Shown: positions 9,951 through 19,687 of the stretch, piece by piece | Layout of the letters: each line of letters begins with the position of its first letter | How positions within the stretch are numbered: the first letter of the stretch is position 1 | NCBI GenBank assembly: GCA_963804955.1 | Contig: CAWDSQ010000001.1 | Span: forward strand, 114,905-178,904 | Length of the DNA: 64,000 nt | Reading direction: 5' to 3' | Origin: an uncultured delta proteobacterium | GTDB lineage: Bacteria > Desulfobacterota > WTBG01 > CAIYCZ01 > CAIRTM01 | Made by a program: the position numbers and the translations under genes | The notes under the pieces: generated by a model | Databases searched by the model: none | Seen by the model: the letters and a program-made list of their open reading frames with translations, nothing else | Told to the model about the DNA's origin: nothing

Positions 9951-11174
9951 TTAAATTTTTTGATGCTCCGGTGATGCAGGAGGAAGCGCTGCGATTTTGG
10001 CGGCATAGAGGTTAATGCCGGGCATGGCGCTCAGGCCGTGGGCAAAAATGCTCAGCAGCACCGTTGCCATAACGGCGATCCGTATGGTCTCCTCGCCGGG
10101 GTTGTGCAGCTCCTGCTCCAAATAGACCAGCCCCAGCACGATTGAGGCAAGGCCCCGGGGGCCGAACCAGCCCATGAACAACACTGTTGTCCGCGAAAGG
10201 CCCGTGCCCGCAAGCGCCAGCCAGACCGGCAGCATGCGCACTGCGGTGAGGCTCAGGGCGGCATACAGAAGTGCTGCAGGCGTAAACTGCGTCCATGCAC
10301 GTGCCACCAGGAGGCCGAAAAGAAAAAACACGGCAAGGTTGAACAGCTGGCCCCAATCTTCGGCAAACTCAACGCTGTGCCTGCCCGCCTCCTTAAATCC
10401 AACCTGCACGGCAAGGCCTGCGATGAACGCGGCGATGAACATGCTGGCCCCGACGGCTTCCGAAGCCAGTATGCACAGCAGCGGCAGCGCTATGACACCG
10501 AGTTTCTGGAGCGGCCCCGCCATCCACTGCTTGCGATGCGCCAGCCCCAATAGCAGCCCTCCGGCAAGGCCGACGCCGATGCCGATGAGCGCCCCGTACC
10601 CGAGCTGCTCCATGATAAACCGGCCGAGCACCCCCTTCTGGCCTGCAGCCCCGGATTCAGCAAGGGCAATAAAGAACAGCATGAACGGAACGGACAGCCC
10701 GTCGTTCAAGCCGGCCTCCACATTAAGCGCCTGGCGGATGCGCATGGGCACGCGCGGGCTGTTGACGATGATCTGCCCAAGGCCCGCGTCCGTGGGGGCA
10801 AGAATGGCCCCGAGTATGCCCGCCTCCCAGATGGTAAGGTTCGGGAACACGCCCACGGCAGCAAGGGCTCCGAGCACGATGGTAAGAAGCATGCCCGTGC
10901 TTAAAAGCCGCAGGGGAAGGTTGCGGATGCTTTTTAAAATGGCGAGATCGGTTTTGCTGGCATCGGTGAAGAGCAGCAGCACCAGGCCGATTTCAGCCAC
11001 CTGCAGCAGCAGCTTGAAATTATAGTCGCGGCCGCGCAGCTCCGGTATAAGCAGTAGCGCCACCCCGCCCGCAGCGGTGAAAAGAATGGGGGCTGTGATG
11101 ACGGTGCGCTCAAGGCGCTTTGAAACAAGGCTGTATAAAAAGATAAGCGTACAGTAGATGGCAATGAGTGTCAT
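9951..11174 (-). CDS. Cation:proton antiporter (CPA1/NhaP-like)
   Basis: About 12 TM helices; LAPTDA, EAGLNDG and WFGPRGLAS motifs. Confidence 0.88.
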   Translation of the reverse strand: MTLIAIYCTLIFLYSLVSKRLERTVITAPILFTAAGGVALLLIPELRGRDYNFKLLLQVAEIGLVLLLFTDASKTDLAILKSIRNLPLRLLSTGMLLTIVLGALAAVGVFPNLTIWEAGILGAILAPTDAGLGQIIVNSPRVPMRIRQALNVEAGLNDGLSVPFMLFFIALAESGAAGQKGVLGRFIMEQLGYGALIGIGVGLAGGLLLGLAHRKQWMAGPLQKLGVIALPLLCILASEAVGASMFIAAFIAGLAVQVGFKEAGRHSVEFAEDWGQLFNLAVFFLFGLLVARAWTQFTPAALLYAALSLTAVRMLPVWLALAGTGLSRTTVLFMGWFGPRGLASIVLGLVYLEQELHNPGEETIRIAVMATVLLSIFAHGLSAMPGINLYAAKIAALPPASPEHQKI

Positions 11175-11293
11175 GGATGATTGCGCCTCTCACGCACAGG
11201 GTTCGGGATGGGCACACTATAAAGGGGTACTGCGGCTGTGTCAAATAGTAATGCAGCACAAGAAAAGCTCATTACAGCCGGGACCGATCAGCG

Positions 11294-12779
11294 TTATTGA
11301 TGTATCTGCGTATGCCCCACCGGCTGTCCCCCACAGCCGTTCTTCATAAGGCAGAGCAGTATTTCTTCATATACTGCCCAAATCTTTTTTCTGTCATCTG
11401 CGTGATTGGCAAGAAAAGAAAAAACGGCCTCACCTTTTTCAGTCCCGGCAAAGCCGGATAATGTCAAAGCATCATCCAGTGTTCCTGATTTCGCGTGAAT
11501 CCTGCCTGTTAATTCCGGCGCGCTGAATTTATCTTTTATCGTACCTGTCAGCCCTGAAACAGCCAGGGAATTTTTAAAGGCCTCACGGTTTTTATTTGTA
11601 TTCATAAACCTGAGAAGCCGTGTAAGATTTGTGGCGCTGATTCTATTCTCCCGGCTGAGTCCGGTGCCGTCCGCGATACTGCCGCCATCGGGCAGAATGC
11701 TGTTTTTCTTCAACAGGGCTTTACATGCGGCACGTGCGTTGTCATAGTTTGCCTTCCCGTACAGGCTATAGCCCAGATTCAAAAAAAGCAGTTCCGCCCG
11801 CAGATTATCACTGTCGGTAAACATCCGGTACACATACTCGGAAAGGGGTATCCCTTCCAGCTCGAAAAGCAGTTCTTCACGGGCTTCATTGCTTAAATCA
11901 TTACCGGTAATTGTAATGCCGCGCTGCAGCAAGTGCATGAACAATGTTTTTCCGGTAATAGTCTTCCGCCGATATCGTATCGATCCTCCAGTGATCCGTG
12001 CTGTCGGCAGCGGTATTGATGAGTATTTTATCGGTCGGCTTTCCATTCTCCGGAAATTTTTCCTGATGCCCTGTTTTTTTCCGGGCAAGCAGCTCAAAGT
12101 GAAACAGGGTTTCGGGAATGGTAGTTATTTTTGAATGTACAACCTGTATCTCGACGGCATTTTCATTGAATGTCACCGAACCGGCAGCCGGATACTGTAT
12201 ATTGTATTTCAGGTCACTCCAGGCGCTGCCGTCAACGACTACATTTCCCTCAATGCGGGTAATACCGGCGCTTTTTATTCTATTGGCGAATTCATCAAGC
12301 TGGTTACCCAGAATTTCTTTTTTTCTGTCAAAATCATCGGTATAGCGTGCCGTAAATTCAATTGCCCCGGTGCCGCGGACCACCAGGTTACCCCGCAACA
12401 TGCCGTTTTCAACGCGCCCTTTTTTGTAAAAGCGCGTTTTAAACCGGTAGTCAGGGCCGAAATGCAAAAGACCGCAGGCGCCGGTCAGCAGTTTCTGATT
12501 TGATGCCGGAATAAGGCTTGCATTTTCATTGAATGAGAAAAGTTTTCCCCCTCCTGCATCCGTGATGGAAATGCCGAACTGCACATTGGAGAATTCTTTT
12601 TGCGCGAGAAGCGCTTCAATCTTTTGCTGCATGCCCGCCGTTTCGCCAAAGCAGGCAGACGAGAAGGCAAGCAGCAGGAAACAGGGAAGAAAATGCGTCA
12701 GTATGTGCCGTATCCCGCAATCCCCGCAATTGGTTTCAGGAAGAATGTTTTTATAAATATCAGGGCCGGTTAATGCCAT
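11294..12779 (-). CDS. dacB: D-alanyl-D-alanine carboxypeptidase/endopeptidase (peptidase S13, PBP4-like), frameshift near 11930
   Basis: PASNQK (SxxK), SDN (SxN), DGTGLSREN and AKSGTL (KTG) motifs across two frames; signal peptide begins after about residue 23. Confidence 0.82.
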
Positions 12780-12833
12780 AGTTCTCTTTTTTGCTTAAAG
12801 CGCACATGTCCGTTTGGAGATTCAGGTGCTGTC

Positions 12834-13028
12834 TTACTCCTCGATGGTAATAGCCTCCGTATCACATTTCGCAGCAGTCTGCCTGACACGCTCTTCCAGT
12901 TCAGGCGGAACAACATCAACACGCACGCGCGCTTCAGTCTTTCCTTCATCATATTCAAATACTTCAGGACACATATCACTGCACTGCCTGTCTCCCATGC
13001 AACGATCATAATCTATAGTAACTTTCAT
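12834..13028 (-). CDS. Monocluster ferredoxin
   Basis: MKVTIDYDRCMGDRQCSDMCPEVF...CDTEAITIEE; C-x2-D-x2-C-x3-CP plus a distal Cys; AAGGGAG RBS. Confidence 0.88.
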   Translation of the reverse strand: MKVTIDYDRCMGDRQCSDMCPEVFEYDEGKTEARVRVDVVPPELEERVRQTAAKCDTEAITIEE

Positions 13029-13410
13029 AGACACTCCCTTCTGTTGAAAAATTATATAACCGCGTTTTTATCTTTCCTGCCAAAAGATTAAGGGCGACGC
13101 TGTTGACAATTTGCACAAAGTCCTTCGGTCCCTCTCGATTTCGTTTTCACCTGACTGCTTTTTTGAATAAAGCATCACGCATATACATGCACGCAACGCA
13201 GCCTGTGTTTTAGATGCCGGGGTTCGGGGTTCAGGTATCAATGATAAGTTGCCTGCAGCAGTGGAGGAGATGGTAAACCCACTTTTCACGAGGCCCCAGG
13301 GTAAGTTTAAAAGGTTTGAATATCAAAGCATTGTTTTGTGTTTTATTCAATGGATTTTTTAATTAAAATGGGTAACATGTGGAGGGATCAGGGGGGCAAA
13401 AGTCAGAAAC

Positions 13411-13688
13411 AAGAAAGGCTGTTAGCCTGTAGGCGGTAGGAAAAGTGAAAGACGATGCACCGCAGAGGCACAGAGGCCGCAGAGAAGAAATTTCTTTTTA
13501 TGTTTCGCTGAGAGGGCGAAATATAAAAGGCTTCTGTCTTTTAAACGAGCTGCTGTTTCCGCTTTCTGCCCGCTCAGCAGAAAAGGGAAACCGTACTCTC
13601 CGGCATCTCTGCGTTTTCAGCGTCTCGAGCGAAGCGGGCGGTTAGAAGAAAGGCTGGTAGACTGCAGGCTGTAGGAAAAGCGAAAGAC
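13411..13688. repeat. Pair of 43-bp direct repeats enclosing a palindromic MITE/REP-like element
   Basis: 13411-13453 and 13646-13688 match at 38/43 nt. The interior 13459-13642 has imperfect inverted ends ACCGCAGAGGCACAGAGGCCGCAGAG / CTCTGCG...GCGGT. Confidence 0.65.
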
Positions 13689-13718
13689 ATTGCGCACCCT
13701 GCCAGCTTTGGTCCTTAA

Positions 13719-13759
13719 GTACAGGAGGGATAAACCCCTACGGCTAATCCCTCCTGTAC
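13719..13759 (-). terminator. 13-bp stem hairpin after the gene ending at 13782
   Basis: GTACAGGAGGGAT...ATCCCTCCTGTAC; only a short U-tract on the minus strand. Confidence 0.45.
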
Positions 13760-13781
13760 AAAAAAATCCGCTAAGCCATGC

Positions 13782-14264
13782 CTATTTAACCAGCGGTATT
13801 TCCGCGGCAAGATCATAGCGCACGATGGCGGTGATCTTGTTTTCAAGCTGCATGTACCGCGCGGCCTTCCTGGCGCCCACTGCCTCGACCACTCTCGGTA
13901 TGCAGGCCCGAAGCTGCTTGACCCGCTCAGCCTCAAGCTCAAGGTACTTGTTGGTCAGCTCGAGGGCTTTTTTATCGGTCATCGTGTCATAATTTTTCCC
14001 GTAATCGTCGATCAGCTTCAAAAGCCGCTCATTGACCTTGCCGAGCTCTTTCTGGTAGTTGTCATACAGCGGCCAGAACACTTTTGCGTCTTTTTTCGTG
14101 AGCTGCATGTTGTCGGCGATCAGCAGCTTTTTATCAGCCTTCAGCTTGTCTTTCACCATCTGCATCGTGTCTGCCGGCTTTTCCTGTGCCGCTGCGGGCA
14201 TGGCCGCAGCCAGCAGAAAAACCGCTGCCGCCAGAATAACAACTGTTTTTGCTACTACGCGCAT
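13782..14264 (-). CDS. Exported alpha-helical hypothetical protein
   Basis: AAAAGGAG RBS; signal peptide ending PAAAQ; MQLTKKDAKVFWPLYDNYQ motif. Confidence 0.75.
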   Translation of the reverse strand: MRVVAKTVVILAAAVFLLAAAMPAAAQEKPADTMQMVKDKLKADKKLLIADNMQLTKKDAKVFWPLYDNYQKELGKVNERLLKLIDDYGKNYDTMTDKKALELTNKYLELEAERVKQLRACIPRVVEAVGARKAARYMQLENKITAIVRYDLAAEIPLVK

Positions 14265-14761
14265 GACAATCTCCTTTTCAAGTACGGCTAGTAGTTTTTT
14301 GCCCCACCATAATGCATAGCTCTCGTACCGGTCAAGCTGTTTGTTGCTCCGGCTCACAGGTTAAACATTTTGACATTTCTATCCGTTATTCATATAGTCC
14401 AGCCATATGGACAACATATCCCGGCCTTCGCTTAGTGCTTGATGAACAGATGCGGTTTGAAACTCTGCTGCTTGAAATTTCGACATACTTTGGATAAGAC
14501 AAAGCTTGAAGAATACAAGTATCAACCGCGAAACTAATTTTGCTGGCCACGACATCGCGAAATGCATCGCATGAAAGCTTTGAATAAACGATGTCGTGAC
14601 CATTTTTTAAGCAAACGATGACCTGAACGTTAGCAGCTATGGACTTTCAGATGCGCTACGGGAGATGACGGGCTGCCCCTTGCCAGTGAACATCAATGCC
14701 CGGCGGCACGGCTGATCCAGCAAGAAAACAGCAACCGCCTGCTTGAAGCAATCCAAACAGG

Positions 14762-16006
14762 ATGCGGGTGAACATGACCAAGCCCGAGCGTGCGCAGGAG
14801 GCACTTGAAGAGCGGCTGGAATTTGAGACGCTGCTGGCCAACCTGTCTGCGCATTTTATCAATCTGCCAACCGACCGGATAGACAGCGAGATCGTCGACG
14901 CTCAGCGCCAGATCTGCCAATGCCTTGATATTGACCGCTCCACCCTGTGGCAAATCCCTGAGGATGAGCCAGGGGAAATGCTGCTGACGCACGTGCATCA
15001 GCCCCCGGGAAGCACGCCGCCCCCGGATCGGATGAGCTTGGGGGAGCTGTTTCCCTGGGCAATGCGGCAGGTCATGAGCGGAAGCGTTTTTACCTTCTCG
15101 AAAATTTCAGATTTTCCGCCGCAGGCAGCAATCGACAGGGAGAACCTCCGCCGCTACGGCACCAAGGCCGATGTGCTGGTCCCGCTTTCAAGCGGGGAAG
15201 GGCCGGTCTTCGGCCTGTTGACCTTTGCGGTTTTGCGGGAGGAGCGCGTCTGGACCGAGGCGGTTGTGACGGGGTTCAAGCTTATCGCGCATGTTTTTGC
15301 CGGCGCGCTTGTCCGCAAGCGGGCCGATGAGGAACTGCGGCGCCACGAGCAGGAGCTCGGCAGGCTCACCGGACGCATTATCAATGCCCAGGAAGAGGAG
15401 CTTCGGCGGCTTTCCCGGGAGCTGCATGATGATCTGACGCAGCGGCTTGCGGCCCTGGCGCTTGATGCGGCGCTGATTGAAAAAGAGCTGCATCCCGCGC
15501 AGCCGCGGGCTGTTAACGCCCTCAGGGACATGCGGGCCAGGCTGACCGAGCTTGCCGGGGAAGTCCACAACCTCTCCCGCCAGCTGCACCCCTCCATTCT
15601 CGACGATCTGGGCCTGGCGCAGGCGGTACAGGCTGAATGCGCCGCCTTTGTCAGGAAAACCGGCATTGACCTGTCCTTTACGCCCCAGGACCTGCCGGAT
15701 ACACTGCCCCAGAACATCGCCCTGTGCCTGTACCGCATAATCCGGGAAGGGCTCCAGAACATTGCAAAACACTCGGGGGCCGCCGCGGCCGCTATCGCGC
15801 TGCACGGGCTCCCGGACGGCATTCGTTTGGTTGTCAAGGACAACGGGAGCGGATTTGACCCGGAAACGGCAAAGCAGAAGGCCGGCATCGGCCTGTCCAG
15901 CATGCGGGAGCGGGTGCGGCTCGTAAACGGCGCCATAGCCATTGCCGCAAAGCCGGGACAGGGTGCTGAAATTCAGGTCTTTATTCCATTAGGGGACGCC
16001 CCATGA
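14762..16006 (+). CDS. GAF-domain sensor histidine kinase (HisKA_3, NarX/UhpB type)
   Basis: QEEELRRLSRELHDD H-box, LHPSILDDLGL, EGLQNIAKHS N-box, DNGSGF and GIGLSSMRERV. Confidence 0.92.
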   Translation: MRVNMTKPERAQEALEERLEFETLLANLSAHFINLPTDRIDSEIVDAQRQICQCLDIDRSTLWQIPEDEPGEMLLTHVHQPPGSTPPPDRMSLGELFPWAMRQVMSGSVFTFSKISDFPPQAAIDRENLRRYGTKADVLVPLSSGEGPVFGLLTFAVLREERVWTEAVVTGFKLIAHVFAGALVRKRADEELRRHEQELGRLTGRIINAQEEELRRLSRELHDDLTQRLAALALDAALIEKELHPAQPRAVNALRDMRARLTELAGEVHNLSRQLHPSILDDLGLAQAVQAECAAFVRKTGIDLSFTPQDLPDTLPQNIALCLYRIIREGLQNIAKHSGAAAAAIALHGLPDGIRLVVKDNGSGFDPETAKQKAGIGLSSMRERVRLVNGAIAIAAKPGQGAEIQVFIPLGDAP

Positions 16007-16644
16007 CCAAGCCGCGGCTGCTCATAGCAGACGACCACAAAATTTTTGTTGAGGGTATGAAAAGGCTGCTCAGCTCTGACTTTGACATCGCCGGTGTGGC
16101 CGAAAACGGCCGTGAGCTGGTAGCGGCCGCGGAAAAGCTTCGGCCAGATGTCATCGTTGCCGACATTTCCATGCCCATGCTCAATGGCATAGACGCCGTG
16201 CGGCAGATCAAAAAAGCGCATCCTGAAATCACGGTGGTATTTCTCACCATGCACCCCGATGCAGCCTATGCGTCAAGCGCCCTGCAGGCGGGCGGGTCGG
16301 GCTATGTGCTGAAAAGCTCCGCCCCCGATGAACTCATTACCGCCATCCGCAGGGGCCTTAAGGGAAAAACCTATGTAACGCCCCAGATTGCCGGAAAGCT
16401 CCGGCATGCCGCCGAGCCCGGTTCCCGGGCCGCCAACGGGACTGGCAGCAGCCTTTCTTCCCGGCAGCACGAAGTGCTGCAGCTGCTGGCGGAAGGACAT
16501 GCCGCAAAAGCCATCGCCAGTATTTTGAATATATCCATAAAAACCGTTGAGTATCACAAGTACCGGATGATGGAGGACCTGGGCATCAAGACAACGGCGG
16601 AGCTGATCCGGTATGCCGTGAAGCACGGCATTGCAGGGCCCTGA
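16003..16644 (+). CDS. NarL/LuxR-family response regulator
   Basis: IADDH, DISMP and GYVLK receiver motifs; LSSRQHEVL...SIKTVEYH HTH; ATGA overlap with the kinase. Confidence 0.93.
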   Translation: MTKPRLLIADDHKIFVEGMKRLLSSDFDIAGVAENGRELVAAAEKLRPDVIVADISMPMLNGIDAVRQIKKAHPEITVVFLTMHPDAAYASSALQAGGSGYVLKSSAPDELITAIRRGLKGKTYVTPQIAGKLRHAAEPGSRAANGTGSSLSSRQHEVLQLLAEGHAAKAIASILNISIKTVEYHKYRMMEDLGIKTTAELIRYAVKHGIAGP

Positions 16645-16678
16645 TTACCCCCCCCCCAGGAAAAGCATTCCGCAAAAC

Positions 16679-16721
16679 TAGGATTTCTCCTAATTGACGT
16701 TTCACCGCATTGTTCTATATA
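16679..16721 (+). promoter_or_regulatory. Palindromic operator abutting a sigma70-like promoter
   Basis: TAGGA-TTTC-TCCTA (16679-16692), then TTGACG (16694) and TATATA 16 nt later. Confidence 0.45.
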
Positions 16722-16797
16722 TATCAATAACTCAGTAGACAGTCCCGATCCATCCATCAACGGCGGTCCGCCGGTACCGGCACAGACGAGGTGATTC

Positions 16798-17202
16798 ATG
16801 GCAGCCGAAAGAATAATTCTTGCGGAGTCCCATCAAACCTTTGTGGGCGTGGTTCGCCTGATTCTCGAGGAAACGATGAGCGCCCTGTTCATAGTCGCCG
16901 ACGAGCGCTCTCTTATCGAAGCCGTTGCAGGCACACAATTCGACCTGGTCATTGCGGACCTGTCATTTCCGGCATGTTCGGGGGGGAATGTCGTCAGACT
17001 GCTGCAAAAACTGAAGCCGGAACTCAAGTCCATCATTCTGAGCGTCCATGACGAGCAGACGGTGGTGAATGAATGCCTTGCCGCGGGGGCGAAGGGCTTC
17101 GTGCTCAAGAGAGCGGCAGCCACCGACCTGCTTCCGGCCGTGGAGGCGGTTTTAAAGGGCGGAATGTATGTTTCACCCTATTGCCGCGAACAGGGCGCAT
17201 GA
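16798..17202 (+). CDS. Single-domain response regulator (NarL-type receiver without HTH)
   Basis: DLVIADLSFP, ILSVHDE, GAKGFVLK and GGMYVSP; the first acidic pair is degenerate (AESH). Confidence 0.8.
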   Translation: MAAERIILAESHQTFVGVVRLILEETMSALFIVADERSLIEAVAGTQFDLVIADLSFPACSGGNVVRLLQKLKPELKSIILSVHDEQTVVNECLAAGAKGFVLKRAAATDLLPAVEAVLKGGMYVSPYCREQGA

Positions 17203-17340
17203 CTATACAGAAGCCCGACGGAAGAGCCGGCAGGGAGCCTTGAAAAATTCAGGCAATGAAGGCGCCGCTGTGCGGGCATAGCAAATAGATTTGACGTGAA
17301 CCATAACGTTTTTTTACAACAACCACGGAAAGGGCGGCGT

Positions 17341-18045
17341 ATGAAAATGCAGGGAACAAAATGGGCAGGCATGTTTGCGGTACTGGCGGGCGTATGTCTT
17401 TTGGCGGGGGCCTGCGCGACGATGCAGGCGCGCAGCACGACAACAGCGGGATTTCTGGGCGACTATTCCCAGCTCAAGGAGGGCGGGGAGGGCAAGGCCC
17501 TGCTCGTCTATGTCGACCCGGCGGCGGATTTCAAGGCATATCCCCGTATTATGATGGACCCGGTCAAGCTCTATGCTTCATCGGAGCACAGCATGCAGAA
17601 TGTTTCTTCGGAAGACCGGCAGAAACTTTTAAACTATGCCGATGCCACCATTCGTGAACATCTTGCCAAATATTATACCTTCGTGAAGAGCCCGGGCCCC
17701 GGCGTCATGCGCCTGCGCGTAGCGATAACCGAGGCCGAGAGCTCCTCTGTCGTGCTTGATACCGTCTCCACCATCCTGCCGGTGGGCCTTGCCCTGGCCG
17801 GCCTTCAGACGGCTGCGACGGGCTCGTGCTCTTTTGTGGGCTCTGCCGGGCTTGAAGTCGAGATGCTGGACAGCCAGACCGGCAAGCGCCTGGCTGCGGC
17901 TGTCGATCGCCGGGTAGGCGGCAAGGTGAGCGGAGAGGGCGATAAATTTGACGAATGGCGCACGGTGAAGAGCGCTGTCGATTACTGGGCCGGCCGGCTA
18001 GAGCTTCGCCTGGGCGAAAAACTCGGCAGAATAGCCACACAGTAA
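17341..18045 (+). CDS. DUF3313-like lipoprotein (copy 2 of 3)
   Basis: Lipobox AGAC; near-identical blocks to 6008-6697 and 33476-34165. Confidence 0.8.
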   Translation: MKMQGTKWAGMFAVLAGVCLLAGACATMQARSTTTAGFLGDYSQLKEGGEGKALLVYVDPAADFKAYPRIMMDPVKLYASSEHSMQNVSSEDRQKLLNYADATIREHLAKYYTFVKSPGPGVMRLRVAITEAESSSVVLDTVSTILPVGLALAGLQTAATGSCSFVGSAGLEVEMLDSQTGKRLAAAVDRRVGGKVSGEGDKFDEWRTVKSAVDYWAGRLELRLGEKLGRIATQ

Positions 18046-18135
18046 GCGTACAAGAACCACCGGCGCGAAGGCCCAGGCCGCACTACAGAGGCGCGGGGCG
18101 GGTTCGCGGGGTCATTAGCAGGAAAGGCGCACGGC

Positions 18136-19623
18136 ATGAAACAGCGATCCTTCAGGATGTTTTCCAGTATGCTCTCGCTTACCGGCCTGTTCATTGCGGT
18201 TTTCAATATCGCACTGATAGTCGTTCTGTCGATTGCCGATGCCCTGTCCGCGGGCACACACCCGTATGCCGACCTGGTGATCTGGATCATGCTGCCGTGC
18301 GGCGTTTTGTTCGGCGCGGCCCTGATCATTGCCGGCATCCGGCGGCAGCGACGCACGAAAGGCGGGAGCCGCTTCCCGGTCATCGACCTTAACGATACCG
18401 GGCTGCGCAAAAAAGCGCTCGGCCTGCTGACGGTCCTGGTGCTGCTGTCGGTGCTCTATGCCTTTTCCGGGTATAAGGCCTATGAGTTTTCCGAATCAAA
18501 TACATTCTGCGGAGCCTGCCACACCGTGATGGGGCCTGAAACCAGGTCCAACGCCTACTCGCCACACGCACAGCTCCTGTGCACCAACTGCCACGTGGGG
18601 CCCGGGGCAAAGTACTATTTCATCTCCCATCTGAAAGGAGCCCGGGAGGGCTTCAATTACCTGCTCGACAGATACAGCCGGCCCCTTCATACGCCGATTG
18701 CGGCCCTGCGTCCATCCGAGCATATATGCGAAAACTGTCACGGCCCCAAGTACCAGTTAAACGAGCGGCTTGAAAGCCGCACCTATTTCATGTCCGACAA
18801 GGAGAATTCACGCAAGAAGATCAACCTGCTGTTTAAGCCGGGTAAAACGGACACCACGCTTGAGCAGCCGCCGAAAATGCACTGGCACTCAAGCACCACG
18901 GCTGAAATCGAGTACGCCGATACTGACCCGAAGCGGATCGAGATTCCGTGGATTCGCGTCAAGCGGCTCGACGGAACCGTGCGCACCTACCGCCGCGACG
19001 ACTCGAAGCTCTCGGACGACGACGCGGCAAAGGCCGGGACGAGGCGCATGGACTGCATGGACTGCCACAACCGGACGGGCCATCCCTTTAACCCCCCGGC
19101 GGCTATTCTGAACGCCATGCTCGGGGCGGGGTTCATTGATACGGGCCTGCCGGAGATTAAGCATGTCGGAGTCCAGACACTTGAAGCCTCCTATGCTTCC
19201 CAGGAGGAGGCAGCCAAAGGCATAGAAACGGCAATTCGTGACTTCTATCGCAAGGCCTATCCTGCTGTTGCAAAGGACAAGGAGGCGGCAATCACCTCAG
19301 CGATCACGGCGCTGCAGGGCGCCTACAGCCGCAACTACGACCCGCATATGAAGGTGAGCTGGCGCAGCTTTGGCAGCAATCAGGGGCATATGTATTCGCC
19401 GGGCTGCTTCCGCTGCCATGACGGCAAACACCGAAGCGATGACGGCGCTGTTCTGTCGCAGGACTGCAGCCTGTGCCACCTGCTGATCGAGCGTGTCCCC
19501 GGCCAGGATACTGCCGGAAGCAATCAGGCCGAGATCCGCGTGATGGATTATCCGCACCCCGTTGATATCGGCGACAGGTTGCAGACAATGATGTGTACGA
19601 AATGCCACGGCCCATCATCGTGA
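18136..19623 (+). CDS. Membrane-anchored NapC/NirT-like multiheme cytochrome c (7 CxxCH)
   Basis: Three N-terminal TM helices; ESNTFCGACHTVM.PE...SPH...CTNCHVGPG NapC/NirT signature; heme motifs CGACH, CTNCH, CENCH, CMDCH, CFRCH, CSLCH, CTKCH. Confidence 0.88.
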   Translation: MKQRSFRMFSSMLSLTGLFIAVFNIALIVVLSIADALSAGTHPYADLVIWIMLPCGVLFGAALIIAGIRRQRRTKGGSRFPVIDLNDTGLRKKALGLLTVLVLLSVLYAFSGYKAYEFSESNTFCGACHTVMGPETRSNAYSPHAQLLCTNCHVGPGAKYYFISHLKGAREGFNYLLDRYSRPLHTPIAALRPSEHICENCHGPKYQLNERLESRTYFMSDKENSRKKINLLFKPGKTDTTLEQPPKMHWHSSTTAEIEYADTDPKRIEIPWIRVKRLDGTVRTYRRDDSKLSDDDAAKAGTRRMDCMDCHNRTGHPFNPPAAILNAMLGAGFIDTGLPEIKHVGVQTLEASYASQEEAAKGIETAIRDFYRKAYPAVAKDKEAAITSAITALQGAYSRNYDPHMKVSWRSFGSNQGHMYSPGCFRCHDGKHRSDDGAVLSQDCSLCHLLIERVPGQDTAGSNQAEIRVMDYPHPVDIGDRLQTMMCTKCHGPSS

Positions 19624-19687
19624 CCGGCTGCGACAGGGTAATAGACACAGGCCTGACCCTTCTTGATACATACAGGAAACAAGGGAT

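Noticed and set aside
14540..14640. Possible integron attC site (GGCCACGACATCG/CGATGTCGTGACC stem and CTGAACGTTAGC end)
   Set aside because: No matching RYYYAAC inverse core at a suitable position, no cassette array and no integrase.
16648..16657. C10 tract as a phase-variation switch
   Set aside because: It is intergenic and upstream of the putative operator and promoter rather than within them, and homopolymer length is unreliable in this indel-rich sequence.
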